Origin: a virus
Lineage: Duplodnaviria; Caudoviricetes
DNA length: 64,000 nt
Reading direction: 5' to 3' (one strand)
IMG/VR virus record: IMGVR_UViG_3300037219_000017
Span: 702 to 64,701 of that record
Every line of letters starts with the position of its first letter. The stretch's first letter is position 1. The position numbers and the translations under genes were made by a program. The notes under the pieces are model-generated. The model saw nothing but the letters and a program-made list of their open reading frames with translations. It was not told the origin of the DNA and made no database searches. Shown piece by piece: positions 9,331 to 18,114 of the stretch.

Positions 9331-9803
9331 AGTACACCATCAAAAAGTGCAATAGCCTAGTCAAGATGCAGGCCATCCATAAGATGGCGTTCGCTGATGA
9401 TAGCTGGCCGGGCAACGACCACGAATTCTGGGTAGCCTACGACGAGCACGGCGGTGTCGCCGGCTTCGCCTCGGCCGTCCTGATGACTACGAAGGTAGTG
9501 TTCTTATCGCGTAGTGCAGTCACTATGAAGCATCGCGGCAACGGACTGCACCGACAGCTGATCGACGTGCGCATGAAGTGGGCGCGGGACGAGGGAGCGA
9601 TCCTTGCTCTCACATACATACGGAAGTACAACTACGCATCGCTCGTTAACCTGCTGCGCCGGGACTTCCACTTCGCGGGCCGCGTCCTGATTACGGCCAG
9701 GAACGAGGACTTCCATGTGATGTTCAAAGCCATGCACGGCGACGCCAGAAAGCTGAAGCCGCACATGACCAAGTACATCAACGACATGTTGGAGATGGAC
9801 TAA
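9327..9803 (+). CDS. GNAT family acetyltransferase
   Basis: Acetyl-CoA motif A AVTMKHRGNGLHRQLI; N-x2-S-x2-NL motif (NYASLVNL). Confidence 0.8.
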   Translation: MKYTIKKCNSLVKMQAIHKMAFADDSWPGNDHEFWVAYDEHGGVAGFASAVLMTTKVVFLSRSAVTMKHRGNGLHRQLIDVRMKWARDEGAILALTYIRKYNYASLVNLLRRDFHFAGRVLITARNEDFHVMFKAMHGDARKLKPHMTKYINDMLEMD

Positions 9804-11434
9804 TGATTCATCCCGGCAAGGGGCCAGTGTGCCCCAAATGCAAAGCGCATCGAATGGCGCCGGGCAGCCGCACGCGCACCGGGAAACCCGTATGGGTGTG
9901 CCGCCCAAGTATTGACGGCAAGAAGGTGTACTGCTACGGCACGACCGATCCCAAGGCCACGGTCGCTGGCATACGCAAGCGCGGCGAGTCGGACACTCCG
10001 CCGCCCGTGGTGTTCGACCGGAAGCTAGGGAAGACGCGCCACTTGATCATCACATCCGCGCAGAACGCTACGCCGGTGCACGAGAATTTCTTTCAGTCGC
10101 TGTTGGAGTACGCACGGTTCAACAACGCCGAGCTGCTGGTGATACCGCTGCGCTACCGCAACCCGACCAGCCTGTTCACCGACAAGGAGCGCGGCCAAGA
10201 GTGGTGGTTCGGCACGCCGCTGGTTCTCAAGAGCGGCGAGATCGTCCCGCACCCGTACACGAAGTACCTGTGGAACCAACGCAAGGCGATCAACTCTAAC
10301 CTCTTGCTTATGGCTGACATCAAGATCCAGGCGGCGGCGAGTGACCCGCTTTCGCAATTCGAGAGTATCTCGGGCGCGGAGTCGGCTATCTTTGGACACA
10401 CCAAGCTGCAACAACGCACCATCCCGGTGCCGAAGAACTCGGTGGCTAAGATCCTGACCACGACAGGCGCCTGTACCGTGAAGAACTACACGGATACAAA
10501 GAGGGGCAAGATCGGCGAGTTCCACCACGCACTGGCAGCGGTCGTCGTGGAGTTCAACGACCGATTCTTCCACCTTCGCCACGTCAATGCAGACGCCAGA
10601 ACTGGCGAATTCACCGACATAACCCTGCGTTATTCGCCAGGTAAGACGAGTAAAGCACCGCGGCCGTTGGCCGTAATCCTAGGAGACACGCATGTTGACT
10701 TCATTGACCCGCTGGTTGAGCAAGCCACCTTCGGCAAGGGGGGGATCGTACCTACCGTCAATCCGGAGAACCTCGTATTCCATGACCTCAACGACGACTA
10801 TGCGATCAATCCACATCACGCTGGTAATCCTTTCAATGCGATCGCGAAACTTCGCGCTGGCCGTAACTCGGTGGCGGATGAGATTCGGCGTGCGATTGTT
10901 TACGTGGACGGGAAGCGCAACGCTACCCGGGAATGCACTGTCGTCTCTTCAAACCATGATGACTTCCTGCGCCGCTGGATAATCAAAGCGGACTGGAAAG
11001 AAGACCCGGAGAACGCCGAGACCTACCTGAAGTTGGCGCTGAGCATGGTCCAAGCGACCGCGCTCACGGTCCACGGCACAGAGTACCCTAGCCCGTTCCA
11101 ACTCATGCTTGCGCAGCACGCGCCGAAGGTCAGAGCGCTGGAGGACAACGACTCGTTCGTGCTGGGCGGCGTGGAGCTAGGCATGCACGGCGACCGCGGC
11201 CCGAACGGCGCGCGGGGCAGCATCAAGAACCTGCGGCGCATAGGCACGCGAAGTATTATCGGGCATTCACATACTCCAGGCATCGAGGAGGGCTGCTACC
11301 AGACCGGGACCAGCACGAACCTACGCCTAGAGTACAACCTCGGGCCGTCGAGCTGGATGAACACTCACTGTATCCTGCACGCTGACGGTAAGCGGCAGCT
11401 GATCAACATAATTAACGGCAAGTGGCGCCTATGA
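9803..11434 (+). CDS. T5 A1-like metallophosphoesterase/nuclease with N-terminal Zn ribbon
   Basis: Calcineurin-like motifs GDTH, HDLND, SNHD, HGD, GHSH. ITSAQN, TTGACTVKNY and YNLGPSSW match my recollection of T5 A1. N-terminal CPKC...C...C. Confidence 0.8.
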   Translation: MIHPGKGPVCPKCKAHRMAPGSRTRTGKPVWVCRPSIDGKKVYCYGTTDPKATVAGIRKRGESDTPPPVVFDRKLGKTRHLIITSAQNATPVHENFFQSLLEYARFNNAELLVIPLRYRNPTSLFTDKERGQEWWFGTPLVLKSGEIVPHPYTKYLWNQRKAINSNLLLMADIKIQAAASDPLSQFESISGAESAIFGHTKLQQRTIPVPKNSVAKILTTTGACTVKNYTDTKRGKIGEFHHALAAVVVEFNDRFFHLRHVNADARTGEFTDITLRYSPGKTSKAPRPLAVILGDTHVDFIDPLVEQATFGKGGIVPTVNPENLVFHDLNDDYAINPHHAGNPFNAIAKLRAGRNSVADEIRRAIVYVDGKRNATRECTVVSSNHDDFLRRWIIKADWKEDPENAETYLKLALSMVQATALTVHGTEYPSPFQLMLAQHAPKVRALEDNDSFVLGGVELGMHGDRGPNGARGSIKNLRRIGTRSIIGHSHTPGIEEGCYQTGTSTNLRLEYNLGPSSWMNTHCILHADGKRQLINIINGKWRL

Positions 11435-11769
11435 AGTCCGCACAAGTAAGGTGGTATGAGCGCCACCCCGAGGAGCGTGGCAAGTGGGCTCGTCAGCACC
11501 CGATCCGCAACCGGCGCAACAACCGACGGTGGCGCGGGATGCCGGAGCCTACGCACCCGAAACCGCGGCGCTGTGAACTGTGCGGCGGCACGCCGAAGAC
11601 GGGGCGCTGGAAGATTTTGCATCTGGACCACGACCACGAGACCGGGACGTTTCGCGGGTGGCTGTGTCACAACTGTAACGTGGGGCTTGGCCACTTCGAC
11701 GACAGCGTTCCGCTGCTGCGAAAGGCCATCGCCTATTTGGCAAATGGAGACTATAATGTTCTTACATGA
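11431..11769 (+). CDS. endonuclease VII-like endonuclease #3
   Basis: GMPEPTHPKPRRCELC...LDHDHETGTFRGWLCHNCN. Confidence 0.9.
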   Translation: MKSAQVRWYERHPEERGKWARQHPIRNRRNNRRWRGMPEPTHPKPRRCELCGGTPKTGRWKILHLDHDHETGTFRGWLCHNCNVGLGHFDDSVPLLRKAIAYLANGDYNVLT

Positions 11770-12196
11770 ATTCCAAGACTGGGTGCGCGCCCGCTGGGCA
11801 CGCAGCCCGCGCGACGTCGATCTGTCTGTCATGGCTATGGGGCTGGCCGGCGAAGGCGGCGAAGTGGCTGAGGCAGTGGTCGGGCTGTTCAAAAACACCG
11901 GCAAGGTGATTGAACCCATCAAGAAGCTGATCCGCGGCTCGCGTCCGGGACTTGACACGTCCAAGCTGTCCCTCGAACTCGGAGACGTGCTGCACTACGT
12001 CACGGCTATAGCGAACCACTTCAACATTGATATGGAAGACGTAGTCACGGCCAACGTGGATAAGCTCGAAGCTCGCGACGCAAAAGATCCGAACTGGCTT
12101 GGCAACAACCGAAGCGCCGACACGGGCGACGGTAAAAGGGGGTTGGATCGTCCCCTCAAAGCCTTCCTCAAAGACCCGTTCGAGGACGGTTGCTGA
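11756..12196 (+). CDS. mazG: MazG-like NTP pyrophosphohydrolase
   Basis: GLAGEGGEVAE...ELGDVLHY...NVDKLEAR; GGAG RBS before ATG 11756. Confidence 0.85.
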   Translation: MFLHEFQDWVRARWARSPRDVDLSVMAMGLAGEGGEVAEAVVGLFKNTGKVIEPIKKLIRGSRPGLDTSKLSLELGDVLHYVTAIANHFNIDMEDVVTANVDKLEARDAKDPNWLGNNRSADTGDGKRGLDRPLKAFLKDPFEDGC

Positions 12197-12444
12197 TGCC
12201 CTACATCACTGAGGACGAGAAGGACATGATTGGATTAGGCCACCAGCCGTCTACTGTGGGGCAGCTCACTTATGCAATCACACGTGAATGCAACGCCTAC
12301 GCAGCGACACAGGGCACGCTGAAATTCATGACGATTGCGTTGGTGATGGGCGCACTGGTCTGCGCCATGCTTGAGTTCTACCGGCGACGCGCAGTGCCGT
12401 ATGAAGAAGGCAAAATCAAACTCAACGGAGATGCGTATGACTAA
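12196..12444 (+). CDS. conserved phage protein (DUF6899-like)
   Basis: MPYI...GQLTYAIT...GALVCAMLEFYRR..VPYE..KI..NGD. Confidence 0.7.
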   Translation: MPYITEDEKDMIGLGHQPSTVGQLTYAITRECNAYAATQGTLKFMTIALVMGALVCAMLEFYRRRAVPYEEGKIKLNGDAYD

Positions 12445-12841
12445 GAAGTATTACCTCGCGGGTCCCATGAGCGGCATCCCGCAGTCTAACTTCCCGCTGT
12501 TCTTTGAAGTCGCGGAGAAGCTGCGCAAGCAGCACTACACGATCATCTCGCCGGCGGAACTCGACGACGAGAAGGTTAAAGCTGAGACTCTGGCGGGAGT
12601 CTCACACAAGCATCTGTGGGGAGACTTCCTCTCGCGCGACGTGAAGATCATCGCCGAGCAGGTGCAGGGTATTGTCTTCCTGCCAGGGTGGGAGTGCTCA
12701 CGCGGGGCACGACTGGAAGCCACAGTCGGCCTGTTGCAGAAGGACTTCACCTTCTTGCAATGGAACGAGTGGGAACAAATAGCTGTGCCAATGAATCGAG
12801 TAACCGTTGCGTGCATGCTGCACGTGGAGCTAGTTAAATGA
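12437..12841 (+). CDS. DUF4406 / nucleoside 2-deoxyribosyltransferase-like protein
   Basis: YLAGPMSG...NFPLF...SPAE...LPGWECSRGARLE. Confidence 0.85.
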   Translation: MTKKYYLAGPMSGIPQSNFPLFFEVAEKLRKQHYTIISPAELDDEKVKAETLAGVSHKHLWGDFLSRDVKIIAEQVQGIVFLPGWECSRGARLEATVGLLQKDFTFLQWNEWEQIAVPMNRVTVACMLHVELVK

Positions 12842-13215
12842 GCCTACCAACAGATCGCGACGCCCGCAACGCCCTGCCAGTGTGGGACGGCGCCATCGCC
12901 TACTTCCCTGATGTCTGGGCCGAAGTCGCCAAGGTATCCGTGCTCGGCAACAAACAGCACAACCTAGGCGACACTCTGCATTGGAACACGCACGTGTCCA
13001 CGGACCACAAGAACAAGGCCATGCGACACATGCTCGACGACGACCATACGGTGATGGATGATGACGACACGTACCATCTAGCCAAGGCGGTGTGGCGACT
13101 GAGCGCGGCGCTACAGATACGGATCTGGAAGCGCAACGGGCGCGACGAGCACGGTCAGCTGCTGCCGCCGAAGGGTACAGCTAACGTAATTGAAGATAGA
13201 CGCCCGCCGCCATGA
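12838..13215 (+). CDS. dATP/dGTP diphosphohydrolase domain protein (DUF5664-like)
   Basis: YFPDVWAEVAKVSVLGNKQH...W...AMRH...HLAKAVWR. Confidence 0.75.
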   Translation: MSLPTDRDARNALPVWDGAIAYFPDVWAEVAKVSVLGNKQHNLGDTLHWNTHVSTDHKNKAMRHMLDDDHTVMDDDDTYHLAKAVWRLSAALQIRIWKRNGRDEHGQLLPPKGTANVIEDRRPPP

Positions 13216-13589
13216 CACCCGAAGGTGCAGTGAAGGCGAGGGTCGACGGCGTGCTGAGGCTCGCGTCGGCGTACAAGCACAAGCCCGTGCAGAACGGAAT
13301 GGGCGAGCCCGCGCTGGACTACCACGTGTGCTGCCTCGGCTTCTATGCCGTCATCGAATGCAAGCGGCCGGGCAAGACATTCACTGACCGTCAAGCCCGC
13401 ATAGCCCGCAACGTGCTAGCAGCTGGCGGGTCCGTGTTCTTGGTAGACGAAATTAGTGGTGCGGGGATGGACGAGCTGACCCGCTGGCTCAACAGTCCGC
13501 GTGCCGGGTTTGTTGGAATCCACACAGCCAAACATTTATCGCTGCACCTGTGCAGTCGCGGTTTTGACGATAACTTAGGAGAAGAGTGA
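13212..13589 (+). CDS. VRR-NUC domain nuclease (Holliday junction resolvase-like)
   Basis: TPEGAVK...ALD...IECKRPGK..TDRQ...AAGG. Confidence 0.85.
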   Translation: MTPEGAVKARVDGVLRLASAYKHKPVQNGMGEPALDYHVCCLGFYAVIECKRPGKTFTDRQARIARNVLAAGGSVFLVDEISGAGMDELTRWLNSPRAGFVGIHTAKHLSLHLCSRGFDDNLGEE

Positions 13590-14281
13590 TGACAAACCGA
13601 GCGATGATTGACTTAGAAACCTTGAGCACCGAGGACAACGCAGCGGTGGTCTCCATAGGTGTCGTGATCTTTGACGACAAAGCGATCCTTGACAGCGCCC
13701 ACATGCCCCTGACTATGAACGGTCTCACCGGGCACATCGATCCGATGACGGTGCGATGGTGGATGGAGCAGTCCAAAGACGCCCAGCTCGCGACGTTCAG
13801 TGGTGATCGCTTCATGCCCCACATGGCCGCGGAGAAACTCTGGGACATGTGCCACGGAGTTGATACCGTCTGGGCCAACGACCCGCACTTCGACATCGTG
13901 ATCCTCAAGAACTGGTGGCGCCGGCACCGCGAAGACGCGAAGTTCGCTGCGCCGATCGGCGTTGTGCTGCCGGCGGTGATCGGCAAACCGTGGCCGTTCA
14001 ATTACAACCAACCCCGTTCGTACCGCACGATCCTGGAGTACGCGAGGCGCGAAGGGTTCACCAACGAATTGTATGACGCAGTGAAAGGCGAAGGCACGAA
14101 GCACAACGCCATGGACGACGCCGCAGCCCAAGCCCGCGTGGTGATAGCCTGCGAGCAGTGGCTGAGCCGGTCTTCTGTTCGGCTGGTCGAGCGGATGTTC
14201 CCCGACCCTGGCGACAAAGTGGTGCAGTCGATCAACGGCGACGTGATTGCCACGGGTTGGCGTGATGGGACTAAGACATGA
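13586..14281 (+). CDS. DEDD 3'-5' exonuclease (Rv2179c/DUF5051-like)
   Basis: MIDLETL, WAN.PHFD, HNAMDDA..QA. Confidence 0.85.
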   Translation: MMTNRAMIDLETLSTEDNAAVVSIGVVIFDDKAILDSAHMPLTMNGLTGHIDPMTVRWWMEQSKDAQLATFSGDRFMPHMAAEKLWDMCHGVDTVWANDPHFDIVILKNWWRRHREDAKFAAPIGVVLPAVIGKPWPFNYNQPRSYRTILEYARREGFTNELYDAVKGEGTKHNAMDDAAAQARVVIACEQWLSRSSVRLVERMFPDPGDKVVQSINGDVIATGWRDGTKT

Positions 14282-14526
14282 GCACCGTCAATCAACACCC
14301 TATAAAAGTACAGTATGTCATCCTCGATGTGACTGGCTGCCCCCGCTCAGTGTGGGATCTTTCACCGAGCGGGTTCATCAAGAGCGGTGAGTCGTACCCC
14401 GATACTTATGGGGCGGTGATGATTCCAATTGATCCAGTCACAGCGCTGCGCCTTAACTTAGCGACAGCGCAGGAGCTGGGAGTGAGTGACGCGTTTGCGT
14501 CTACGTTAGCGCTGCTTCATCCGTGA
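14278..14526 (+). CDS. hypothetical protein
   Basis: Coupled at both ends. Confidence 0.5.
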   Translation: MSTVNQHPIKVQYVILDVTGCPRSVWDLSPSGFIKSGESYPDTYGAVMIPIDPVTALRLNLATAQELGVSDAFASTLALLHP

Positions 14527-16088
14527 AAGTTTTCCCTGAGCATCGGAGGATCGTACTGCCCTACCGAGCGGACGTTGACCACGTCCTTCCCGTAGCACAG
14601 AAGTTCCAGGCCGGCGGCGCGTGGTGGCTAGCTGTTCCACATACAGTGGATGTGGTGCGCCTCCTGCGAAACCTGGGTCTGAATGCACCGAGTCCTATCA
14701 GTTACTACTATGACTGGACGGGCGGCACGCCTTTCGATTCTCAACGCGTGACAGCTGACATGTGCAGCATCGCGCGCCGCGCCTATGTTCTTAGTGAGAT
14801 GGGCGTGGGCAAAACGCGGGCAGTCTTGTGGGTGTATGACTACCTCCGCCGTGAGGGTCTGCTGCACAAGCTGCTCGTTGTCGCGCCGCTGTCGACACTG
14901 GTCACAGTCTGGCAGAACGAGATTTTTGAGAACTTCCCACACCTAGAAACCAGGGTGCTACATGCCTACAGCAAAGCCAGGCGGCTCCGCGAACTCGCGC
15001 AGTCAGCCGATGTCTACATCGTCAACCATGATGGCGTTGAAGTCATCCACCAGGAACTCTTTGCGCGAGCTGACATTGATGGAGCGGTTATTGACGAGCT
15101 GGCATCGTACCGTAATCGGCGAACCAACCGTTGGAAGTACGTCGAGCCTATTGTGCGAAGAAGTAACTACGCGTGGGGCCTTACGGGAAGCGCAATCAAT
15201 CACGCGCCAACTGACGCGTATGGTCAGAGCCGCCTCCTCACTCCAGCACTCGCTGGCTTCTCGTTTAAGGCGTTCAAAGACCGCACCATGCGACAAGTCT
15301 CCAACTTCACATGGGTCCCGCGCCCGGAAGCCAACGACATCGCCCATGGGATACTACAGCCAGCAGTCAGATTCACGCGGGCGGAGTGCTTTGATCTACC
15401 ACCCACCACGTACAGTAGCCGTGCGGTCGGACTTAGTCCCGCTGCTACGAAAGCGTACAAAGAAATGCATCAGCAGCTCGCGACCCAAATCAGGAAGCAC
15501 GAGATCACCGCGGCCAACGAAGGGGTCAAGCTCTCAAAGCTCCTCCAAATCGCGGCGGGCTTCGCGTACGACGCGGGAGGGAAGGGGCGCTATGTTGGCG
15601 GCACTGACCGCTTCCAGGAGATCATCGACCTTATTGAGGCGTCATCCGGGAAGGTTATAGTCTTCGCGCCATTCAGATACATGGTGGAACTTCTCAACGG
15701 AGTGCTGTCGAAGAAGTTCACGGTGGCTATGATCCATGGTGACGTGTCGCCCGCGAAGCGCACGGAGATCTTCGCCGCGTTCCAGAGCACCAACCCGGAC
15801 GGCAGCACGACTGAGCCACGCGTGATCGCCGCGCACCCTCAAACTATGTCGCACGGGCTGACGCTGACCGCGGCGAACACCATTATATGGGCGAGTCCGC
15901 CTACCAGCCTGGAAACTTTTCAGCAAGCAAACGCTCGAATTACTAGGGTAGGACAGACGCAGAACACACACATCGTTATGATTGGCGGGACGCCTATTGA
16001 AGCAAAAGTGTACGCGAAGTTAAAGCGACACGCTTCAGCGCAGGGCGCCCTCTTGGAGCTTTTCGAGGAGCAGACTCGTGCCATATAA
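14523..16088 (+). CDS. SNF2-like SF2 DNA helicase
   Basis: EMGVGKT, IDEL, LTGS, HGLTL, QANARITRVGQ. Confidence 0.92.
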   Translation: MKVFPEHRRIVLPYRADVDHVLPVAQKFQAGGAWWLAVPHTVDVVRLLRNLGLNAPSPISYYYDWTGGTPFDSQRVTADMCSIARRAYVLSEMGVGKTRAVLWVYDYLRREGLLHKLLVVAPLSTLVTVWQNEIFENFPHLETRVLHAYSKARRLRELAQSADVYIVNHDGVEVIHQELFARADIDGAVIDELASYRNRRTNRWKYVEPIVRRSNYAWGLTGSAINHAPTDAYGQSRLLTPALAGFSFKAFKDRTMRQVSNFTWVPRPEANDIAHGILQPAVRFTRAECFDLPPTTYSSRAVGLSPAATKAYKEMHQQLATQIRKHEITAANEGVKLSKLLQIAAGFAYDAGGKGRYVGGTDRFQEIIDLIEASSGKVIVFAPFRYMVELLNGVLSKKFTVAMIHGDVSPAKRTEIFAAFQSTNPDGSTTEPRVIAAHPQTMSHGLTLTAANTIIWASPPTSLETFQQANARITRVGQTQNTHIVMIGGTPIEAKVYAKLKRHASAQGALLELFEEQTRAI

Positions 16089-16425
16089 AAACAGAGAAGA
16101 CCACAAGGCGAACTGTCGAAAGCGATATGCGAGCGACAAACCGCGGCATCGCGCCGCTATGGCGAAGTGGCTAGCTCGGCATTCAGGGTATGAGCTGGCG
16201 CGCGGTCGCCGACGCGCGGGGCTGCCTGCGCCTACGCGCCCATGCCCCGCAGTGTGCGAAGGGTGCGGAGGAGTGAACAAGAGTGGTCGCGCCCTGGCGT
16301 TGGATCACGTGGGCAACACGTTCCGTGGATGGTTGTGCATTAAGTGCAACCGTACATTAGGACTCGCCGACAATAGCGGGGCGCGTCTTAGAGGCTTACT
16401 ACGCTATCTTAGGAGGCACACATGA
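16078..16425 (+). CDS. endonuclease VII-like endonuclease #4
   Basis: GLPAPTRPCPAVCEGC...LDHVGNTFRGWLCIKCN; GAGGAG RBS. Confidence 0.85.
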   Translation: MPYKNREDHKANCRKRYASDKPRHRAAMAKWLARHSGYELARGRRRAGLPAPTRPCPAVCEGCGGVNKSGRALALDHVGNTFRGWLCIKCNRTLGLADNSGARLRGLLRYLRRHT

Positions 16426-16802
16426 ATATCGAGACAGTGATCGCAGGCTATGTCAAGCTGCGAACTCAAAGAGACGCGTTGAAGAAGGAGCAGGCACTTG
16501 CCATGGCACCTATCAACGACGCCATGTTCAAGCTGTCCAGCTGGCTGCACAAGCAATTGCAGGAGTCAGGCCAGACCAGCGCGAAGACCGAGTCGGGTAC
16601 TGCGTTCCTGCAGACCGATACATCAGTTGCAATTGACGACTGGGAGAGTACAATCGCGTTCATCAAAGACCACAACCTGTGGTCCATGTTAGAGAGACGC
16701 GTGTCAAAGTCCGTCGTCACCGACTACATAGAATCAACTAAAGAGATACCTCCAGGCTTGTCGATCAAGTCCGAGATCTCTTGTCATGTCCGCAAGGCTT
16801 AG
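16422..16802 (+). CDS. conserved phage replication-module protein
   Basis: Coiled-coil N-terminus, SAKTESGTA..., LERRVSK, IPPGL; typically found upstream of the SSB-like gene. Confidence 0.65.
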   Translation: MNIETVIAGYVKLRTQRDALKKEQALAMAPINDAMFKLSSWLHKQLQESGQTSAKTESGTAFLQTDTSVAIDDWESTIAFIKDHNLWSMLERRVSKSVVTDYIESTKEIPPGLSIKSEISCHVRKA

Positions 16803-16811
16803 GAGGCCGTC

Positions 16812-18110
16812 GTGTCCAACACTCAAGTGACTTTGTTCCAGCAGGAGGGCGGCGCGAAGCTGTCCGATAAATTCAAGCCGCTAGTCTCAGCCGGCGTCGG
16901 AGCTGATCTCGGCGATGGCATCAGGGGTAGCTACGGAATTGTTGGTATCAAGGCGGGAAAGTTCCGCCTGAAGTACAAGGGCGAAGAAACCGTCCTGATG
17001 GACGGCGACAGCCCGGTCGGCTTCATTGACGTCGTAATCGTCAAGGCCAATGGGTTCCTCAACAAGCAGTATTTCAAGGGCAAGTACGTCGAGGGGAACA
17101 CGTCCCCGCCGGTATGCTACAGCTTGGATGGCGTGGTGCCGAGCGACGCGAGCCCGGAGAAACAGGCAACGTCGTGCGCGCTGTGCCCGAAGAACCAGTT
17201 CGGATCTTTGATCGGCGACAACGGTGTCAAGCAGAAAGCCTGCCGCGACACCAAGAAGCTCGCGGTCGTTCCGCTTCAGGACATCAAGAACGCTACGATG
17301 GGTGGCGCCATGCTGTTCCGCGTGCCGCCCAGCTCGCTCAAGGATCTGTCGGTGATGGCTGATCAGCTCAAGGGCCGCGGCTATCCGTACAACTCAGTGG
17401 CCGTGCGGATCGCGTTCGATCTGGAAGCCAGCCATCCGAAGCCGATCTTCAAAGCCCTGCGCCCGCTCAACGACGAAGAGGCTGACGACGTGCTGGAGAT
17501 GTTCGAGAGTGACAGCGTGCTGCGAGTCCTGGCTGACAACGACATCGTTGCTGACCACGGCGAGGAAGCGGTTGGTGCCGCGCAGCCCGTCACACCCGCA
17601 GGCGCGAAGCCGCATCGTGACGTCCCGTTGATGCCGACAGAGGAAGAGAGACGCCCAGTGCCGCAGGCCAAGACGATGCCGCCCGTGATGCCGCCGCCTC
17701 TCAGTGAGGTAGCGGCGCAGCTGGCAGCCGGTGCAGTGATGATCGCGCCCGCGACCACAGGCCGCGTGGCCATGCCGACGGCAGAGACAGGAGCGCCAAA
17801 GGTGCTGCGCGTGCAGCCCGACGAGCCGTTGCCCCACAAGCCGGCTAACCCTTTCGCACCGCCGGCACTGCATGCCGCAGCCGGAGCGGCGGCAGCGCCC
17901 ACGCAGACCGCGAAAGTAGCAGCAGTGAATCCCTTCGCGCCAAAGCCGGCGAAGGAGAAGAAGGCACGAGTGCCGAAGGAAGTCCCGGCGCCCGTGGCCG
18001 TAGATGTACCGACTGCGGTACAGGCCGAGGCGCCAGCAGAGACCACGCCAGCCGCGACGCAGCTGGATACAGACATCAACTCGATCCTTTCAGGATTGAG
18101 CATGGGGTAG
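16812..18110 (+). CDS. putative ssDNA-binding/annealing protein with Cys motif and Pro/Ala-rich tail
   Basis: CYSLDG..P, CALCPKNQFGS, KAC, FRVPPSSL; low-complexity C-terminus; AGGAGG RBS. Confidence 0.6.
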   Translation: MSNTQVTLFQQEGGAKLSDKFKPLVSAGVGADLGDGIRGSYGIVGIKAGKFRLKYKGEETVLMDGDSPVGFIDVVIVKANGFLNKQYFKGKYVEGNTSPPVCYSLDGVVPSDASPEKQATSCALCPKNQFGSLIGDNGVKQKACRDTKKLAVVPLQDIKNATMGGAMLFRVPPSSLKDLSVMADQLKGRGYPYNSVAVRIAFDLEASHPKPIFKALRPLNDEEADDVLEMFESDSVLRVLADNDIVADHGEEAVGAAQPVTPAGAKPHRDVPLMPTEEERRPVPQAKTMPPVMPPPLSEVAAQLAAGAVMIAPATTGRVAMPTAETGAPKVLRVQPDEPLPHKPANPFAPPALHAAAGAAAAPTQTAKVAAVNPFAPKPAKEKKARVPKEVPAPVAVDVPTAVQAEAPAETTPAATQLDTDINSILSGLSMG

Positions 18111-18114
18111 ACGA

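Noticed and set aside
11756-13215. Z-genome (2-aminoadenine) or 7-deazaguanine pathway
   Set aside because: No PurZ, DatZ, FolE/QueCDE or DpdA-like ORF recognised in the window
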